From Eledone cirrhosa (Eukaryota): a stretch of 64,000 bases of DNA. Of the stretch, positions 34,256 to 46,900 are shown one piece after another. The DNA is taken from assembly GCA_964016885.1 (NCBI GenBank), contig OZ024740.1, positions 13,330,001 through 13,394,000 of the forward strand, read 5' to 3'. Under the pieces are notes generated by a model, which was not told the origin of the DNA, did no database searches, and saw nothing but the letters and a program-made list of their open reading frames with translations. The translations under genes and the position numbers were made by a program. How positions within the stretch are numbered: position 1 is the stretch's first letter; each line of letters begins with the position of its first letter.

Positions 34256-34817
34256 TTCTTTTCGGGGCCATGACGAGAAGGGATGAGGAAGATATTTTCA
34301 AATAAGTGACCCGACCTAAATACTTGTAACAGAGGGAACTCTGCTTGTAACATGTAGGGTTCAGGTGGTGGTGTTAAAAAGCAGACGACGGATACAGTCT
34401 GCCACCCAAGTAGACCACAGACAATGTTGAACTCAGAAAACAAAGAACCAGAACAGATACCAATTACAAGGCAACTCGTTCTGGAATTGACCTTGTCTGT
34501 GTCAACGATGAGTGTTCCGGTTGTTCGACTAACGGAACAGCCTACTCAAGAAATTAGCAGGTAAGTGGCTGAGCATTCAGCGTGTTACAGTAAGACGAGG
34601 CTGCCTTTTGAATTACAAGAACAATCCAGCCGACAGACTTCCAAACAGTTTCTGCCTACCCTCTTTCACTCACAAGACATGGTTCAACCCAAGGCTATAG
34701 TAAATACTACGAAAGAGAATTGAAGCGGGAGCTAAATGATTATGAAACGAAGTTTCCCACCGTTCGGCTAAGCTGTGCCCACAACAGACGCTCTAATAAT
34801 ATCGCCAATCCTTCTAA

Positions 34818-34885
34818 ACTGGTATTCTATTTTATCGACCCTAAAAGGATAAAAAACCAAGGTAGCCCGGTAGGATTTGTATTCT
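34818..34885 (-). mobile_element. Decayed minus-strand copy of the SINE at 32100
   Basis: CTGGTATTCTATTTTATCGACCCTAAAAGGATAAAA approximates the reverse complement of the motif at 32133-32170. Confidence 0.55.
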
Positions 34886-34952
34886 GTGTGCAGAGAGATA
34901 AAATAAATTTAATTCCGCAAAATGCCGCACATAAGACTGCTTTTTTGAATTT

Positions 34953-37900
34953 ATGGTGGTGGTGGTGGTGGTGTTGCTAGTGATGTTGGTGGTGGTGTTG
35001 CTAGTGATAGTGGTGGTGGTGTTGCTAGTGATAGTGGTGGTGGTGTTGCTAGTGATGGTGGTGGTGGTGTTGCTAGTGATGTTGGTGGTGGTGTTGCTAG
35101 TGATAGTGGTGGTGGTGTTGCTAGTGATAGTGGTGGTGGTGTTGCTAGTGATGGTGGTGGTGGTGTTGCTAGTGATGTTGGTGGTGGTGTTGCTAGTGAT
35201 AGTGGTGGTGGTGTTGCTAGTGATAGTGGTGGTGGTGTTGCTAGTGATGGTGGTGGTGGTGTTGCTAGTGATAGTGGTGGTGGTGTTGCTAGTGATAGTG
35301 GTGGTGGTGTTGCTAGTGATGGTGGTGGTGGTGTTGCTAGTGATGTTGGTGGTGGTGTTGCTAGTGATGGTGGTGGTGGTGTTGCTAGTGATAGTGGTGG
35401 TGGTGTTGCTAGTGATGGTGGTGGTGGTGTTGCTAGTGATAGTGGTGGTGGTGTTGCTAGTGATGGTGGTGGTGGTGTTGCTAGTGATGGTGGTGGTGGT
35501 GTTGCTAGTGATGGTGGTGGTGGTGTTGCTAGTGATAGTGGTGGTGGTGTTGCTAGTGATGGTGGTGGTGGTGTTGCTAGTGATGGTGGTGGTGGTGTTG
35601 CTAGTGATGGTGGTGGTGGTGTTGCTAGTGATAGTGGTGGTGGTGTTGCTAGTGATGGTGGTGGTGGTGTTGCTAGTGATAGTGGTGGTGGTGTTGCTAG
35701 TGATGGTGGTGGTGGTGTTGCTAGTGATGGTGATGGTGGTGTTGCTAGTGATAGTGGTGGTGGTGTTGCTAGTGATGGTGATGGTGGTGTTGCTAGTGAT
35801 AGTGGTGGTGGTGTGGCTAGTGATAGTGGTGGTGGTGTTGGTGTTGCTAGTGATAGTTGTGGGGGTGTTGCTAGTGATAGTGGTGGAGTTGCTAGTGATA
35901 GTGGTGGTGGTGTTGCTAGTGATGGTGATGGTGGTGTTGCTAGTGATAGTGGTGGTGGTGTTGCTAGTGATGGTGGTGTTGCTAGTGATAGTGGTGGTGG
36001 TGTTGGTGTTGCTAGTGATAGTTGTGGGGGTGTTGCTAGTGATAGTGGTGGAGTTGCTAGTGATGGTGGTGGTGGTGGTGTTGCTAGTGATGGTGATGGT
36101 GGTGTTGCTAGTGATAGTGGTGGTGGTGTTGCTAGTGATGGTGGTGGTGGTGTTGCTAGTGATGGTGATGGTGGTGTTGCTAGTGATGGTGGTGGTGGTG
36201 TTGCTAGTGATGGTGATGGTGGTGTTGCTAGTGATGGTGGTGGTGGTGTTGCTAGTGATGGTGGTGGTGGTGTTGCTAGTGATGGTGGTGGTGGTGTTGC
36301 TAGTGATGGTGGTGGTGGTGTTGCTAGTGATAGTGGTGGTGGTGTTGCTGGTGATGGTGGTGGTGGTGTTGCTAGTGATAGTTGTGGGGGTGTTGCTAGT
36401 GATAGTGGTGGAGTTGCTAGTGATGGTGGTGGTGGTGTTGCTAGTGATGGTGATGGTGGTGTTGCTAGTGATAGTGGTGGTGGTGTTGCTAGTGATGGTG
36501 GTGGTGGTGTTGCTAGTGATGGTGATGGTGGTGTTGCTAGTGATGGTGGTGGTGGTGTTGCTAGTGATGGTGATGGTGGTGTTGCTAGTGATGGTGGTGG
36601 TGGTGTTGCTAGTGATGGTGGTGGTGGTGTTGCTAGTGATGGTGGTGGTGGTGTTGCTAGTGATGGTGGTGGTGGTGTTGCTAGTGATAGTGGTGGTGGT
36701 GTTGCTAGTGATGGTGGTGGTGGTGTTGCTAGTGATGGTGGTGGTGGTGTTGCTAGTGATAGTGGTGGTGGTGTTGCTGGTGATAGTGGTGGTGGTGTTG
36801 CTAGTGATAGTTGTGGGGTGTTGCTAGTGATAGTGGTGGAGTTGCTAGTGATGGTGGTGGTGGTGTTGCTAGTGATGGTGATGGTGGTGTTGCTAGTGAT
36901 AGTTGTGGTGGTGTTGCTAGTGATGGTGGTGGTGGTGTTGCTAGTGATAGTGGTGGTGGTGTTGCTAGTGATGGTGGTGGTGGTGTTGCTAGTGATGGTG
37001 GTGGTGGTGTTGCTAGTGATAGTGGTGGTGGTGTTGCTAGTGATGGTGGTGGTGGTGTTGCTAGTGATGGTGGTGGTGGTGTTGCTAGTGATAGTGGTGG
37101 TGGTGTTGCTAGTGATGGTGGTGGTGGTGTTGCTAGTGATGGTGGTGGTGGTGTTGCTAGTGATAGTGGTGGTGGTGTTGCTAGTGATAGTGGTGGTGGT
37201 GTTGCTAGTGATAGTGGTGGTGGTGTTGGTGTTGCTAGTGATAGTTGTGGTGGTGTTGCTAGTGATAGTGGTGGTGTTGCTAGTGATAGTGGTGGTGGTG
37301 TTGCTAGTGATGGTGGTGGTGGTGTTGCTAGTGATAGTGGTGGTGGTGTTGGTGTTGCTAGTGATAGTTGTGGTGGTGTTGCTAGTGATGGTGGTGGTGT
37401 TGCTAGTGATAGTGGTGGTGGTGTTGCTAGTGATGGTGGTGGTGGTGTTGCTAGTGATAGTGGTGGTGGTGTTGCTAGTGATAGTGGTGGTGGTGTTGCT
37501 AGTGATGGTGGTGGTAGTGTTGCTAGTGATGGTGATGGTGGTGTTGCTAGTGATAGTGGTGGTGGTGTTGCTAGTGATGGTGGTGGTGGTGTTGCTAGTG
37601 ATGGTGAGGGTGGTGTTGCTAGTGATAGTGGTGGTGGTGTTGCTAGTGATGGTGATGGTGGTGTTGCTAGTGATGGTGATGGTGGTGTTGCTAGTGATAG
37701 TGGTGGTGATGTTGCTAGTGATGGTGGTGGTGGTGTTGCTAGTGATGGTGATGGTGGTGTTGCTAGTGATGGTTGTGGTGGTGTTGCTAGTGATAGTGGT
37801 GGTGGTGTTGCTAGTGATGGTGATGGTGGTGTTGCTAGTGATAGTGATGGTGGTGGTGGTGTTGCTAGTGATAGTGCTGGTGGTGTTGCTAGTGATAGTG

Positions 37901-40900
37901 GTGGTGGTGTTGCTAGTGATAGTGGTGGTGGTGTTGCTAGTGATGGTGATGGTGGTGTTGCTAGTGATAGTGGTGGTGGTGTTGCTAGTGATGGTGGTGG
38001 TAGTATTGCTAGTGATGGTGATGGTGGTGTTGCTAGTGATAGTGGTGGTGGTGTTGCTAGTGATGGTGGTGGCGGTGTTGCTAGTGATGGTGAGGGTGGT
38101 GTTGCTAGTGATAGTGGTGGTGGTGTTGCTAGTGATGGTGATGGTGGTGTTGCTAGTGATGGTGATGGTGGTGTTGCTAGTGATAGTGGTGGTGGTGTTG
38201 CTAGTGATGGTGGTGGTGGTGTTGCTAGTGATGGTGATGGTGGTGTTGCTAGTGATGGTTGTGGTGGTGTTGCTAGTGATGGTGATGGTGGTGTTGCTAG
38301 TGATAGTGGTGGTGGTGTTGCTAGTGATAGTGGTGGTGGTGTTGCTAGTGATGGTGGTGGTGGTGTTGCTAGTGATAGTGATGGTGGTGGTGGTGTTGCT
38401 AGTGATAGTGATGGTGGTGGTGGTGTTGCTAGTGATGGTGATGGTGGTGTTGCTAGTGATGGTGATGGTGGTGTTGCTAGTGATGGTGATGGTGGTGTTG
38501 CTAGTGATGGTGGTGGTGGTGTTGCTAGTGATGGTGGTGGTGGTGTTGCTAGTGATGGTGGTGGTGGTGTTGCTAGTGATGGTGATGGTGGTGTTGCTAG
38601 TGATAGTGGTGGTGGTGTTGCTAGTGATAGTGGTGGCGGTGTTGCTAGTGATGGTGGTGGTGGTGTTGCTAGTGATGGTGGTGGTGGTGTTGCTAGTGAT
38701 GGTGATGGTGGTGTTGCTAGTGATAGTGGTGGTGGTGTTGCTAGTGATGGTGGTGGTGGTGGTGTTGCTAGTGATGGTGATGGTGGTGTTGCTAGTGATA
38801 GTGATGCTGGTGTTGCTAGTGATAGTGGTGGTGGTGTTGCTAGTGATGGTGGTGGTGGTGTTGCTAGTGATGGTGATGGTGGTGTTGCTAGTGATAGTGG
38901 TGGAGTTGCTAGTGATGGTGGTGGTGGTGTTGCTAGTGATGGTGATGGTGGTGTTGCTAGTGATAGTGGTGGTGGTGTTGCTAGTGATGGTGGTGGTGGT
39001 GTTGCTAGTGATGGTGATGGTGGTGTTGCTAGTGATGGTGGTGGTGGTGTTGCTAGTGATGGTGATGGTGGTGTTGCTAGTGATGGTGGTGGTGGTGTTG
39101 CTAGTGATGGTGGTGGTGGTGTTGCTAGTGATGGTGGTGGTGGTGTTGCTAGTGATGGTGGTGGTGGTGTTGCTAGTGATAGTGGTGGTGGTGTTGCTAG
39201 TGATGGTGGTGGTGGTGTTGCTAGTGATGGTGGTGGTGGTGTTGCTAGTGATAGTGGTGGTGGTGTTGCTGGTGATAGTGGTGGTGGTGTTGCTAGTGAT
39301 AGTTGTGGGGTGTTGCTAGTGATAGTGGTGGAGTTGCTAGTGATGGTGGTGGTGGTGTTGCTAGTGATGGTGATGGTGGTGTTGCTAGTGATAGTTGTGG
39401 TGGTGTTGCTAGTGATGGTGGTGGTGGTGTTGCTAGTGATAGTGGTGGTGGTGTTGCTAGTGATGGTGGTGGTGGTGTTGCTAGTGATGGTGGTGGTGGT
39501 GTTGCTAGTGATAGTGGTGGTGGTGTTGCTAGTGATGGTGGTGGTGGTGTTGCTAGTGATGGTGGTGGTGGTGTTGCTAGTGATAGTAGTGGTGGTGTTG
39601 CTAGTGATGGTGGTGGTGGTGTTGCTAGTGATGGTGGTGGTGGTGTTGCTAGTGATAGTGGTGGTGGTGTTGCTAGTGATAGTGGTGGTGGTGTTGCTAG
39701 TGATAGTGGTGGTGGTGTTGGTGTTGCTAGTGATAGTTGTGGTGGTGTTGCTAGTGATAGTGGTGGTGTTGCTAGTGATAGTGGTGGTGGTGTTGCTAGT
39801 GATGGTGGTGGTGGTGTTGCTAGTGATAGTGGTGGTGGTGTTGGTGTTGCTAGTGATAGTTGTGGTGGTGTTGCTAGTGATGGTGGTGGTGTTGCTAGTG
39901 ATAGTGGTGGTGGTGTTGCTAGTGATGGTGGTGGTAGTGTTGCTAGTGATGGTGATGGTGGTGTTGCTAGTGATAGTGGTGGTGGTGTTGCTAGTGATGG
40001 TGGTGGTGGTGTTGCTAGTGATGGTGAGGGTGGTGTTGCTAGTGATAGTGGTGGTGGTGTTGCTAGTGATGGTGATGGTGGTGTTGCTAGTGATGGTGAT
40101 GGTGGTGTTGCTAGTGATAGTGGTGGTGATGTTGCTAGTGATGGTGGTGGTGGTGTTGCTAGTGATGGTGATGGTGGTGTTGCTAGTGATGGTTGTGGTG
40201 GTGTTGCTAGTGATAGTGGTGGTGGTGTTGCTAGTGATGGTGATGGTGGTGTTGCTAGTGATAGTGATGGTGGTGGTGGTGTTGCTAGTGATAGTGCTGG
40301 TGGTGTTGCTAGTGATAGTGGTGGTGGTGTTGCTAGTGATAGTGGTGGTGGTGTTGCTAGTGATGGTGATGGTGGTGTTGCGAGTGATAGTGGTGGTGGT
40401 GTTGCTAGTGATGGTGGTGGTAGTATTGCTAGTGATGGTGATGGTGGTGTTGCTAGTGATAGTGGTGGTGGTGTTGTTAGTGATGGTGGTGGCGGTGTTG
40501 CTAGTGATGGTGAGGGTGGTGTTGCTAGTGATAGTGGTGGTGGTGTTGCTAGTGATGGTGATGGTGGTGTTGCTAGTGATGGTGATGGTGGTGTTGCTAG
40601 TGATAGTGGTGGTGGTGTTGCTAGTGATGGTGGTGGTGTTGCTAGTGATGGTGATGGTGGTGTTGCTAGTGATGGTTGTGGTGGTGTTGCTAGTGATGGT
40701 GATGGTGGTGTTGCTAGTGATAGTGGTGGTGGTGTTGCTAGTGATAGTGGTGGTGGTGTTGCTAGTGATGGTGGTGGTGGTGTTGCTAGTGATAGTGATG
40801 GTGGTGGTGGTGTTGCTAGTGATAGTGATGGTGGTGGTGGTGTTGCTAGTGATGGTGATGGTGGTGTTGCTAGTGATGGTGATGGTGGTGTTGCTAGTGA

Positions 40901-43900
40901 TGGTGATGGTGGTGTTGCTAGTGATGGTGGTGGTGGTGTTGCTAGTGATGGTGGTGGTGGTGTTGCTAGTGATGGTGGTGGTGGTGTTGCTAGTGATGGT
41001 GATGGTGGTGTTGCTAGTGATAGTGGTGGTGGTGTTGCTAGTGATAGTGGTGGCGGTGTTGCTAGTGATGGTGGTGGTGGTGTTGCTAGTGATGGTGGTG
41101 GTGGTGTTGCTAGTGATGGTGATGGTGGTGTTGCTAGTGATAGTGGTGGTGGTGTTGCTAGTGATGGTGGTGGTGGTGGTGTTGCTAGTGATGGTGATGG
41201 TGGTGTTGCTAGTGATAGTGATGCTGGTGTTGCTAGTGATAGTGGTGGTGGTGTTGCTAGTGATGGTGGTGGTGGTGTTGCTAGTGATGGTGATGGTGGT
41301 GTTGCTAGTGATAGTGGTGGTGGTGTTGCTAGTGATGTTGGTGGTAGTGTTGCTAGTGATGGTGATGGTGGTGTTGCTAGTGATAGTGGTGGTGGTGTTG
41401 CTAGTGATGGTGGTAGTGGTGTTGCTAGTGATGGTGAGGGTGGTGTTGCTAGTGATGGTGGTGGTGGTGTTGCTAGTGATAGTGGTGGTGGTGTTGCTAG
41501 TGATGGTGATGGTGGTGTTGCTAGTGATAGTGGTGGTGGTGTTGCTAGTGATGGTGGTGGTGGTGTTGCTAGTGATGGTAATGGTGGTGTTGCTAGTGAT
41601 GGTTGTGGTGGTGTTGCTAGTGATGGTGGTGGTGGTGTTGCTAGTGATGGTGATGGTGGTGTTGCTAGTGATAGTGGTGGTGGTGTTGCTAGTGATGGTG
41701 GTGGTTGTGTTGCTAGTGATGGTGATGGTGGTGTTGCTAGTGATGGTGGTGGTGGTGTTGCTAGTGATAGTGGTGGTGGTGTTGCTAGTGATGGTGATGG
41801 TGGTGTTGCTAGTGATAGTGGTGGTGGTGTTGCTAGTGATGGTGGTGGTGGTGTTGCTAGTGATGGTGATGGTGGTGTTGCTAGTGATGATGGTGGTGGT
41901 GTTGCTAGTGATGGAGGTGGTGGTGTTGCTAGTGATGGTGGTGGTGGTGTTGCTAGTGATGGTGGTGGTGGTGTTGCTAGTGATGGTGGTGGTGGTGTTG
42001 TTAGTGATAGTGGTGGTGGTGTTGCTAGTGATGGTGATGGTGGTGTTGCTAGTAATAGTGGTGGTGGTGTTGCTAGTGATAGTGGTGGTGGTGTTGCTAG
42101 TGATAGTGGTGGTGGTGTTGCTAGTGATAGTGGTGGTGGTGGTGGTGTTGCTAGTGATAGTGGTGGTGGTGTTGCTAGTGATAGTGGTGGTGGTGTTGCT
42201 AGTGATAGTGGTGGTGGTGGTGGTGTTGCTAGTGATGGTGGTGGTGGTGTTGCTAGTGATGGTGTTGGTGGTGTTGCTAGTGATGGTGGTGGTGTTGTTG
42301 CTAGTGATAGTGATGGCGGTGTTGCTAGTGATGGTGGTGGTGGTGTTGCTAGCGATAGTGGTGGTGGTGTTGCTAGTGATAGTGGTGGTGGCGTTGCTAG
42401 TGATGGTGGTGGTGGTGTTGCTAGTGATGGTGGTGGTGGTGTTGCTAGTGATGGTGGTGGTGGTGTTGCTAGTGATGGTGGTGGTGGTGTTGCTAGTGAT
42501 GGTGGTGGTGGTGTTGCTAGTGATGGTGGTGGTGGTGTTGCTAGTGATGGTGATGGTGGTGTTGCTAGTGATGGTGGTGGTGGTGTTGCTAGTGATGGTG
42601 GTGGTGGTGTTGCTAGTGATGGTGGTGGTGGTGTTGCTAGTGATGGTGGTGGTGGTGTAGCTAGTGATAGTGATGGTTGTGTTGCTAGTGATGGTGGTGG
42701 TGGTGTTGCTAGTGATGGTGGTGGTAATGTTGCTAGTGATACTGGTGGTGGTGTTGCTAGTGATAGTGGTGGTGGTGTTGCTAGTGATAGTGGTGGTGGT
42801 GTTGCTAGTCATTGTGGTGGTGGTGTTGCTAGTGATAGTGGTGGTGGTGTTGCTAGTGATAGTGGTGGTGGTGTTGCTAGTGATGGTGGTGGTGGTGTTG
42901 CTAGTGATGGTGATGGTGGTGTTGCTAGTGATGGTGGTGGTGGTGTTGCTAGTGATAGTGGTGGTGGTGTTGCTAGTGATGGTGGTGTTGCTAGTGATAG
43001 TGGTGGTGGTGTTGCTAGTGATAGTGGTGGTGGTGTTGCTAGTGATGGTGGTGTTGGTGGTGGTGTTGCTAGTGATGGTGATGGTGGTGTTGGTGTTGTT
43101 AGTGATGGTGGTGGTGGTGTTGCTAGTGATGGTGGTGGTGGTGGTGGTGGTGTTGCTAGTGATGGTGGTGGTGATGTCGCTAGTGATAGTGGTGGTGGTG
43201 TGGCTAGTGATAGTGGTGGTGATGTTGCTAGTGATAGTGGTGGTGGTGTTGCTAGTGATGGTGGTGGTGGTGTTGCTAGTGATAGTGGTGGTGGTGGTGG
43301 TGTTGCTAGTGATAGTGGTGGTGGTGTTGCTAGTGATAGTGATGGTGGTGTTGCTAGTGATGGTGGTGGTGGTGTTGCTAGTGATGGTGGTGGTGATGTT
43401 GCTAGTGATAGTGGTGGTGGTGTTGCTAGTGATGGTGGTGGTGATGTTGCTAGTGATGGTGGTGGTGGTGTTGCTAGTGATAGTGGTGGTGGTGTTGTTA
43501 GTGATGGTGGTGGTGGTGTTGCTAGTGATAGTGGTGGTGGTGTTGCTAGTGATGATGGTGGTGGTGTTGCTAGTGATAGTGGTGGTGGTGTTGCTAGTGA
43601 TGGTGGTGGTGGTGTTGCTAGTGATGGTGGTGGTGGTGTTGCTAGTGATGGTGGTGGTGTTGTTGCTAGTGATAGTGATGGCGGTGTTGCTAGTGATGGT
43701 GGTGGTGGTGTTGCTCGTGATAGTGGTGGTGGTGTTGCTAGTGATAGTGGTGGTGGTGTTGCTAGTGATGGTGGTGGTGGTGTTGCTAGTGATGGTGATG
43801 GTGGTGTTGCTAGTGATGGTGGTGGTGGTGTTGCTAGTGATGGTGGTGGTGGTGTTGCTAGTGATAGTGGTGGTGGTGTTGCTAGTGATGGTGGTGGTGG

Positions 43901-46900
43901 TGTTGCTAGTGATGGTGGTGGTGGTGTTGCTAGTGATGGTGATGGTGGTGTTGCTAGTGATGGTGGTGGTGGTGTTGCTAGTGATGGTGGTGGTGGTGTT
44001 GCTAGTGATGGTGGTGGTGGTGTTGCTAGTGATGGTGGTGGTGGTGTTGCTAGTGATAGTGATGGTGGTGTTGCTAGTGATGGTGGTGGTGGTGTTGCTA
44101 GTGATGGTGGTGGTAATGTTGCTAGTGATACTGGTGGTGGTATTGCTAGTGATAGTGGTGGTGGTGTTGCTAGTGATAGTGGTGGTGGTGTTGCTAGTGA
44201 TAGTGGTGGTGGTGGTGTTGCTAGTGATGGTGGTGGTGATGTTGCTAGTGATACTGGTGGTGGTGTTGCTAGTGATAGTGGTGGTGGTGTTGCTAGTGAT
44301 GGTGGTGGTGGTGTTGCTGGTGATAGTGATGGTGGTGGTGGTGTTGCTAGTGATAGTGATGGTGGTGGTGGTGTTGCTAGTGATAGTGGTGTGGTGTTGC
44401 TAGTGATGGTGATGGTGGTGTTGCTAGTGATGGTGATGGTGGTGTTGCTAGTGATGGTGGTCGTGGTGTTGCTAGTGATGGTGGTGGTGGTGTTGCTAGT
44501 GATGGTGGTGGTGGTGTTGATAGTGATAGTGGTGGTGGTGTTGCTAGTGATGGTGGTGGTGGTGTTGCTAGTGATAGTGGTGGTGGTGTTGCTAGTGATA
44601 GTGGTGGTGGTGTTGCTAGTGATGGTGGTGGTGGTGTTGCTAGTGATGGTGGTGGTGATGTTGCTAGTGATAGTGGTGGTGGTGTTGCTAGTGATAGTGG
44701 TGGTGGTGGTGGTGTTGCTAGTGATGGTGGTGGTGATGTTGCTAGTGATACTGGTGGTGGTGTTGCTGCTGATAGTGGTGGTGGTGTTGCTAGTGATAGT
44801 GGTGGTGGTGTTGCTAGTGATAGTGGTGGTGGTGTTGCTAGTGATAGTGGTGGTGGTGTTGCTAGTGATGGTGGTGGTGGTGTTGCTAGTGATGGTGATG
44901 GTGGTGTTGCTAGTGATGGTGGTGGTGGTGTTGCTAGTGATGGTGGTGGTGGTGTTGCTAGTGATGTTGGTGGTGGTGTTGCTAGTGATAGTGGTGGTGG
45001 TGTTGCTAGTGATAGTGGTGGTGGTGTTGCTAGTGATGTTGGTGGTGGTGTTGCTAGTGATGGTGGTGGTGGTGTTGCTAGTGATAGTGGTGGTGGTGTT
45101 GCTAGTGATGGTGGTGGTGGTGTTGCTAGTGATGTTGGTGGTGGTGTTGCTAGTGATGGTGGTGGTGGTGTTGCTAGTGATAGTGGTGGTGGTGTTGCTA
45201 GTGATGGTGGTGGTGGTGTTGCTAGTGATAGTGGTGGTGGTGTTGCTAGTGATGGTGGTGGTGGTGTTGCTAGTGATGGTGGTGGTGGTGTTGCTAGTGA
45301 TGGTGGTGGTGGTGTTGCTAGTGATAGTGGTGGTGGTGTTGCTAGTGATAGTGGTGGTGGTGTTGCTAGTGATGGTGGTGGTGGTGTTGCTAGTGATGGT
45401 GGTGGTGGTGTTGCTAGTGATAGTGGTGGTGGTGTTGCTAGTGATGGTGGTGGTGGTGTTGCTAGTGATAGTGGTGGTGGTGTTGCTAGTGATGGTGGTG
45501 GTGGTGTTGCTAGTGATGGTGATGGTGGTGTTGCTAGTGATAGTGGTGGTGGTGTTGCTAGTGATGGTGATGGTGGTGTTGCTAGTGATAGTGGTGGTGG
45601 TGTGGCTAGTGATAGTGGTGGTGGTGTTGGTGTTGCTAGTGATAGTTGTGGGGGTGTTGCTAGTGATAGTGGTGGAGTTGCTAGTGATAGTGGTGGTGGT
45701 GTTGCTAGTGATGGTGATGGTGGTGTTGCTAGTGATAGTGGTGGTGGTGTTGCTAGTGATGGTGGTGTTGCTAGTGATAGTGGTGGTGGTGTTGGTGTTG
45801 CTAGTGATAGTTGTGGGGGTGTTGCTAGTGATAGTGGTGGAGTTGCTAGTGATGGTGGTGGTGGTGGTGTTGCTAGTGATGGTGATGGTGGTGTTGCTAG
45901 TGATAGTGGTGGTGGTGTTGCTAGTGATGGTGGTGGTGGTGTTGCTAGTGATGGTGATGGTGGTGTTGCTAGTGATGGTGGTGGTGGTGTTGCTAGTGAT
46001 GGTGATGGTGGTGTTGCTAGTGATGGTGGTGGTGGTGTTGCTAGTGATGGTGGTGGTGGTGTTGCTAGTGATGGTGGTGGTGGTGTTGCTAGTGATGGTG
46101 GTGGTGGTGTTGCTAGTGATAGTGGTGGTGGTGTTGCTGGTGATGGTGGTGGTGGTGTTGCTAGTGATAGTTGTGGGGGTGTTGCTAGTGATAGTGGTGG
46201 AGTTGCTAGTGATGGTGGTGGTGGTGTTGCTAGTGATGGTGATGGTGGTGTTGCTAGTGATAGTGGTGGTGGTGTTGCTAGTGATGGTGGTGGTGGTGTT
46301 GCTAGTGATGGTGATGGTGGTGTTGCTAGTGATGGTGGTGGTGGTGTTGCTAGTGATGGTGATGGTGGTGTTGCTAGTGATGGTGGTGGTGGTGTTGTAA
46401 GTGATGGTGGTGGTGGTGTTGCTAGTGATGGTGGTGGTGGTGTTGCTAGTGATGGTGGTGGTGGTGTTGCTAGTGATAGTGGTGGTGGTGTTGCTAGTGA
46501 TGGTGGTGGTGGTGTTGCTAGTGATGGTGGTGGTGGTGTTGCTAGTGATAGTGGTGGTGGTGTTGCTGGTGATAGTGGTGGTGGTGTTGCTAGTGATAGT
46601 TGTGGGGTGTTGCTAGTGATAGTGGTGGAGTTGCTAGTGATGGTGGTGGTGGTGTTGCTAGTGATGGTGATGGTGGTGTTGCTAGTGATAGTTGTGGTGG
46701 TGTTGCTAGTGATGGTGGTGGTGGTGTTGCTAGTGATAGTGGTGGTGGTGTTGCTAGTGATGGTGGTGGTGGTGTTGCTAGTGATGGTGGTGGTGGTGTT
46801 GCTAGTGATAGTGGTGGTGGTGTTGCTAGTGATGGTGGTGGTGGTGTTGCTAGTGATGGTGGTGGTGGTGTTGCTAGTGATAGTGGTGGTGGTGTTGCTA